Source: Octopus vulgaris
Taxonomy: Eukaryota
NCBI GenBank assembly: GCA_951406725.2
Contig: OX597817.1
Location: 79,732,001 to 79,796,000 of the forward strand
Length of the DNA: 64,000 bases
Direction: 5' to 3'
The notes beneath the pieces were generated by a model. That model was not told where the DNA came from. It was given only the letters and a program-made list of their open reading frames with translations, and did not search any database. Each line of letters begins with the position of its first letter. Position 1 is the first letter of the stretch. The translations under genes were made by a program, and so were the position numbers. Positions 57,649-64,000 of this stretch are shown one piece after another.

Positions 57649-57923
57649 CGCAGTCTCACACATTCACTTTCCCTCACTCTTGTCCCTGAATCATTATATT
57701 ATCTTCAGTTTCTCTTCCCGCCTCTATTTATTTCTGTATTTACCATTTTCTTGTCATTTGTCTCATTTATTCTTTAACTGTCTTTTTATATCTACCATAC
57801 ACTTATTATTCTGAATTTTCTTTCTGTTATTTTTCTCACTCACCTTCTTCCACTTTTATTGTATATATACGCAGACATATGTACATGCACACATGTATAC
57901 CTACATATATATGTGTATGTATG

Positions 57924-57979
<56 letters not shown>

Positions 57980-58242
57980 ATTAGTATTATTTCCCTCTCA
58001 AAATTTATTTGTTTCTTTTATTTATTTGTTTTTGCTTACTCAAAAGATTGAAATTAAGTTTTGCCGTAGGTGATCCTACTGATGTTCCTTAACCTGAGAA
58101 CATGGCACCAATTCCACAGACATTTCCCTATCAATTTAAAAGGTAAAATAACCAAAGTATGAAAACAAAAACTATAATATAAAAAGAAAAAAAAAACTTG
58201 ATTTTCTTTTTTGTATCATTAGTTTTCCTTACACGTATATCT

Positions 58243-58292
<50 letters not shown>

Positions 58293-58490
58293 ACGCATAT
58301 ATACGCATATATATACATGTATGTTTGTATGTGTATATATATATGCGTAGACATATATTTGTGTGTGTCTGTGTGCATCTAAGAGAGAATATATGGGAAA
58401 GTGAAGTGTTATTTAAAGTATAATGTTTAATTTAATTCAAGCCGTGCTAACATATTTAATTTTCTGCAATATATACACACAGATATGCAT

Positions 58491-58542
<52 letters not shown>

Positions 58543-58627
58543 GTATCTATATATTTATATGTGCACATACATATACATGTGATTCTGTGTATGTATATAC
58601 ACATACACTCACACACACACACATACA

Positions 58628-58692
<65 letters not shown>

Positions 58693-58814
58693 TCGTAGGC
58701 ATGCATGACATTCACACATATGTGCATACATGAACAAATTGTCAACGTCTAAATGAAACTCAATATGTACCGGTTAAGAAAAATTACGTTATGACGTGTG
58801 TATTTATGTGTATA

Positions 58815-58856
<42 letters not shown>

Positions 58857-58871
58857 CATACATATATATAC

Positions 58872-58941
<70 letters not shown>

Positions 58942-59414
58942 GTGTGTATCTTTATATATATATATATATATATACATATATCAAATGATATATAAATACA
59001 TGCATACATACATGTTTATATATATGCATATATGAACATATATACATACACATGTTTATGTTTGTAGACTACGTATATGATTTTGTTTACAAACGAGGAA
59101 AAGGAAAATATTCTCTAAGCGAGATATAGAGTTTAAGTTTACTGAAGTTCGGTTGGTGATTCACTGCTTTGAATCACGGTTTCGTCTCTTTTGTGTGTTT
59201 CTTTAAAAGAATGATTATTATTAATAGGTGAAGATATGTATTTACAGGACATCATTTGACATTTTGTACTTTCCTGCATGAATAGAGTGTTGAATGTTTT
59301 TTGCACAGGTATAATAAACGCTAAAAATGTGCAGAAAATAGACTCCATCAACTGCCAGGGGGAAAAAATTGGTGATAGTAGATAGCTGCCATTATCTAGG
59401 TGACCAACTTAGTA

Positions 59415-60127
59415 GTCTTGGTTGGTATGGTCAAGTGATGCGTATGGACGATGACAGTTGTATAAAGAAGTGCCGACCTCTAACTGTGAAGGTAGACCCA
59501 GGAAGACATGGGATGAAGTGGTGAAGCATGATATTTGAACTTTGAACCTCACAGAGGTAATGACCAGAGATTGAGACCTTTGGCGATATGTTGTGCTTGA
59601 GAAGACCCAGCAAGCCAAGTGAAATCGTAGTCATGGCTGATATTAGTGTCACCTAACTAGCACCCATGCCGGTGACACTTAAAGAGTACCGACCGTTCGA
59701 GCATTGGGTCTCACTGAGACTAAATGGCTGAGCTCCTTTCGAACACGGAGGCAAAGTTGCTGAGTTCGTCTCGAGAGTTGGGCCTCCTGGAGGTAAAGTG
59801 GCTGAGTTACTTTCGAGTGTTGAGCCTCAGAGAGGCAATGACCGAGACTTTTGACATTATGTCGTGCTTGAGAAGACCCATCAAGCAGAGCAAAGTCGCA
59901 GTCATGGCAAATGCCGGTGTCACGCAAATGGCATCCGTGCCGGTGGCACATATAAAAGCACCCATTATACGCTCGGAGTGGTTGGTATTAGGAAGCGTAT
60001 CCAGCCGCCGAAAATCATGCCAAATCAGACTGGAGTCTGGTGCAGCCATCCAGCTTACCAGCCCTGGTCAAACCGTCTAACCCATTCCCGATGCCCGCAT
60101 AGACAACAGACATTAAATGATGATTAT
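59415..60127 (+). mobile_element. RTE LINE 3' fragment (ORF C-terminus plus 3' UTR)
   Basis: WYGQVMRMDDDSCIKKC...GRPRKTWDEVVKHD is an RTE-type C-terminus. Internal ~90-bp duplication; ends taaatgatgat like 1965-2312. Confidence 0.8.
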
Positions 60128-60128
60128 G

Positions 60129-60166
<38 letters not shown>

Positions 60167-60339
60167 TCAGATAAGAGGAAAAAATCTATCAGAAAGGAAC
60201 TCTAATCTTTTGATAAGCATAACAAATGCGCAACCGGTAAAAAGAACTTTCACCTAATTAAATTACTTAAATTATTTTGTCAGCATTTTCTTCATTTCCT
60301 TTTATATATATATATATTCATTTCCTTTTATATATATAT

Positions 60340-60520
60340 ATATATATATAAAACTGAGAATGTGTGTCTGTCTGTCTGTGTGTTTTCCTAAAACTTGAGA
60401 ACTACATAACCAATTTCATTTCAATTTTACACATGCCTTACTTAGGGTCCATGTAGTTTCATGGGCAATAAAAAAAATGTTCAACTTCTTGCCTAGAGCG
60501 AGCCCATAGCAATATCATAT
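60340..60520 (+). mobile_element. Possible non-autonomous Helitron-like 5' end
   Basis: tatataaaactgagaatg-(tctg)n-...aactacataaccaatttcatt layout resembles recalled invertebrate non-autonomous Helitron ends. No clear 3' CTAG terminus found. Confidence 0.4.
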
Positions 60521-61605
60521 CTTCTCCACTATTTCAGTATTATGTGTTAAAAGTAAAGCAAAAACATTTCTCTATTTTATCTCAGATGCTTTCACTTTAA
60601 CAATAAAAATAATAATAACAATTGAATTATATGTAGTAAGTAAAAATTAAAATCAAACTAAAATATAATATAATCGTAACATAACAGAAGTAAAAATAGC
60701 AATTGCTATAAAATTGCATCAATCACTTGAACTTGAACAAGTGGTTTCACATGAATGGGAATAAATTAAAAATAAAATTAGCGTGCAGAAATGGAATAGT
60801 CCAGATGGATAATAAAAAATTAAATTAAAGAAAAGACTATTGTCTATAAAGTATAAAATGTAAAGAAAAAAGATTTGAACACCTGGAGGAAAGCACCATC
60901 GAAAAGTGTCTTGGTGCGACTATGAAAGATATCTAACCAGAGGCGGTAAATTCGCCACAATAGAAGCAAGGTGCGAGTCAACAGAGCATGCAAGGGAGTA
61001 CTCGACTCGAACTTGCAAAGTGGAAATATTTTATTTTTACCTGTATATCTGGGACGTAGGACGTCCCGGATAAAAATTTAAAATGTCCCTCCCCCCGCCC
61101 AGCAGTAGAGGTAGGCTGGATTGTAGCCATACTTCTATACAAGAGGGAGGACAAGATACAATTGATCGAATTTACAAGAGACGGGCTTACAATTCCAGTC
61201 TGTTATATAAGTAGAGGCAGAAGAACAACACACACACACACACACACACATTAACTCACTTAGTCCATACATGCACGCACACTGAAAACTTGAATCAAAT
61301 TAAACTATAATCAAACTAAGACAGTTAAAGAATGAAATAAATGCAAAGAAAGAAAGAAAGGAAGGAAGGAAGAAAGAAAGAAAGAAAGAAAAAAAGAAAG
61401 AAAAACTTTTGACGAACAAAGAAAAATGAGTGAGATTAGTTGGAAGGAGTACAGTAACGAGTTGAATGACAGTGATCAATGAATCCGTAAGAGGATATAT
61501 AGGTCTTTGACAGAAATATGAGTTTATGTGTTTTTTCTTTATCGGTGCAGATAATATGAAGTGTTTCCTTACTTGCTCAAAATCTAAATCCACAATCCAC
61601 AAAAT

Positions 61606-62019
61606 ACCACCACCACCACCACCACTACCAACATCAACAACAACATTAACAACAACATCAACAACAGCACCCATTGTCGTCGTCGTCGTTGTTTATCTTA
61701 GTGGAAACGGCTTTAGCATTTTCTACTTGCGACAAATCCCCACCGTTTTCTTCATCAATGTCATTCTTACGATCTTACCCATCCTCATCATCATCATTAT
61801 CAACTAATCACCGTCATTTCTATTATCGCCCTCGTTTTCGTCGTCATCAACACCATCGTCGTCGTCAACATCATCATCATCATCAAAATTCCAATCCCCC
61901 ATCATTTTTATCATTATAATCATCGTCGCCAACGCTGTGGTCGTCATTGTTTTCATCATCATGGTCACCATCATCATTACCAGCATCAATACCATCATCA
62001 TTATCTGCTGTTGTTGTTG

Positions 62020-62098
<79 letters not shown>

Positions 62099-62132
62099 TA
62101 CTAATATTGTTATCATCATCATCATCATCATT
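61606..62132. repeat. (CAT/CAC/CGT/TAT)n low-complexity tract
   Basis: Trinucleotide mosaic. Confidence 0.8.
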
Positions 62133-62135
62133 ATA

Positions 62136-62345
62136 AGGCAGAATCGTTAGCATGCCGGATGAAATGCTTAGGGATCCGTCTTTACATTCTTAGTTCAAGT
62201 TCCGCCGAGGTCGACTTCACCTTTCATCCTTTCGGGGTCTATAAATTAAGTACCAGTAAAACACTGGGGTCGATGTAATCGTCTAGTCCCATCCCCCCAA
62301 ATTTCAGGCCTAGTGCATATAGTAGAAAAAATTATTATTATCATT
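62136..62345 (+). mobile_element. SINE family B
   Basis: ggcagaatcgttagca...gccgaggtcgactt...agtagaaaa then an (att)n tail. Confidence 0.85.
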
Positions 62346-62349
62346 ACGC

Positions 62350-63410
62350 CAGTGCATGCCAACTTATTGAGTAGGTATTTTATGTTGAGGTATGGTACAA
62401 GTCTCTTCAAATATCAAGATGTTTTCTTAAACATTTTGCAGTGTATAGGATGTGCTTTTCTGAAGGTCAACCATTTCTTTGGTATTGACTCTGCTATCAT
62501 AGGGAATTACAAAATCTATGACTTTGCACTGCTTGTTTATTTTGTCCTCTCTAATCATAACTGGTATTTTCCCATCAGTAGTTTGTGTTATAACGTTGGA
62601 ACATCAAAGATGTCATAGAACACTTCCATGGGTATTTCGTCCTTGTCGCCACTATTATATCCTGCTGCAAGTTGGTGTAGATAAACTATGTAGCGGAGGT
62701 TTAATCAATATATTCTCACGACGTACTTCGCGAGACTACGAAAGCGCTCTCTCGACTACTACCGACCTCTACTCTTTATGGCGAAGTATAATGAGATTTT
62801 GTAATTCTCGTTTTCTGTTGTTTTGAAGCCAGATACTTCATTAATATCCCAGTGCACACTTTTGCCTACACAGGTCTACGCTTTTATTCAATTTGTGCTA
62901 GTATACCACACTCCGTCAAAATATGACTGATACTCTCGTCTCCTTTCCAATAGATTCTACATTTGCTGTCTGACTGAGTGTTGTTCATATTCATCTTTAT
63001 CAGATTTGGTCTAAGGGCTTGCTTCTGGGCGGCTATAATTAAGATTTCTGCTTCTTGCTTCAAGTTCCCGTCCGTTAAGCACGACCAGCAGGCTTCATTT
63101 CTAACCTTTTCGGCTTATTGTATGAACTGGCCATGCAGATCGATTCCTTTGCATTTTGTTCATTCTGTTCTTCTTCCTTTCCTCTAAATTTCTCCTACTG
63201 TTTAAATCACATTTTTGGTATCTCTGGCTGCCGAAACTATTCTTTCTTTACTCTGCACAACATCAGTTTTCTGCCTCGGTATTGCAGTACCAACAGTACT
63301 TTCCGCCTTTAGTAATACTCTACCACCTGCCCTTCGTATAGATAGAGTTGATCACTTTTACTTTTGGGATGGAGTGCGTTGTGAATTATTTGCAGCTTTC
63401 TGGGTATTAC
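62350..63410 (-). mobile_element. RLE-type non-LTR retrotransposon (R4/Dong-like) fragment
   Basis: Minus strand GNLKQEAEILIIAAQKQALR...KCRIYWKGDESISHILTECGILA (decayed CCHC knuckle) and KQCKVIDFVIPYDSRV (RLE motif). Confidence 0.8.
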
Positions 63411-63414
63411 TGAT

Positions 63415-63905
63415 GAACTGGTAGAATCTTTAGCACGCTGGGCAAAATACTTAACAGCTTTTCGCTCTGAGTTCAAACACCGCCGAGGTCGATTTTGCCT
63501 TTCATCCTTTCGGTGTCGATGAATTAAGTAGTAGGGAAATGCTAGGTTCGATTTAATCGACTGGTCTCTTCCCCCAAAATTCCAGGTTTTGTGCCTTTAG
63601 TAGAAAGTATTTTTGTTGTTGTTGTTACTGTTGTTGCTTCTGCTGTTATTGTTGTTATTGTTGCTGTCGTAGTTACTAGCATTATTATTTCGGTGGTGAA
63701 GTGGCAGAATCGTTGATGCCCTGCACCAAATGCTTAACAGCAACTCTTCCGACGTTTTACGTTCTAAATTCAAATACCACCGAGGTCAGCTTAGCCTTTT
63801 ATCCTTTCAGTGTCAGTGAATTGCAATACCAGACATATTCTGAAATCACTGTAACTAACTAAGCATCTCCCGCTAAAAATAGATGACTTATGCCAAAATT
63901 TGATA
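63415..63905 (+). mobile_element. Two SINE family B copies (about 63415-63610 and 63690-63905)
   Basis: Both have ccgaggtc...ttt(c/t)atcctttc and the family head motif. Confidence 0.8.
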
Positions 63906-64000
63906 CCGCTATGATTGCTATAATCTTCAATTATTTCTTCTAGTTTTTCCCAAAATTATTTTTCGTAAATGCTTACAAGGGTTCAAGGACGTGTGTTCTT

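Overview
AT-rich eukaryotic DNA saturated with (TA)n, (CA)n, (TACA)n, (TAGA)n, (AAT)n and (GAT)n microsatellites. The SINE families and repeat style suggest a coleoid cephalopod (Octopus-like); this is inferred from recalled repeat families, not from a search. No protein-coding gene can be supported: nearly all listed ORFs are microsatellite read-through. The window holds three dispersed SINE families, LINE fragments (RTE, CR1-like, R4/Dong-like), mariner and maT fossils and a Neptune-type Penelope element. The main signal is a dense, diverse set of type I hammerhead ribozymes (HHRs), about five with intact cores and several decayed. Most lie in short Penelope-type pLTR cassettes inside (TA)n tracts, often as inverted fold-backs. 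One canonical HHR sits between ~335-bp-period direct repeats (retrozyme-like), and a tRNA-headed, HHR-tailed element is inserted as a head-to-head pair with an 11-bp TSD. All folds were read by eye and boundaries are approximate.
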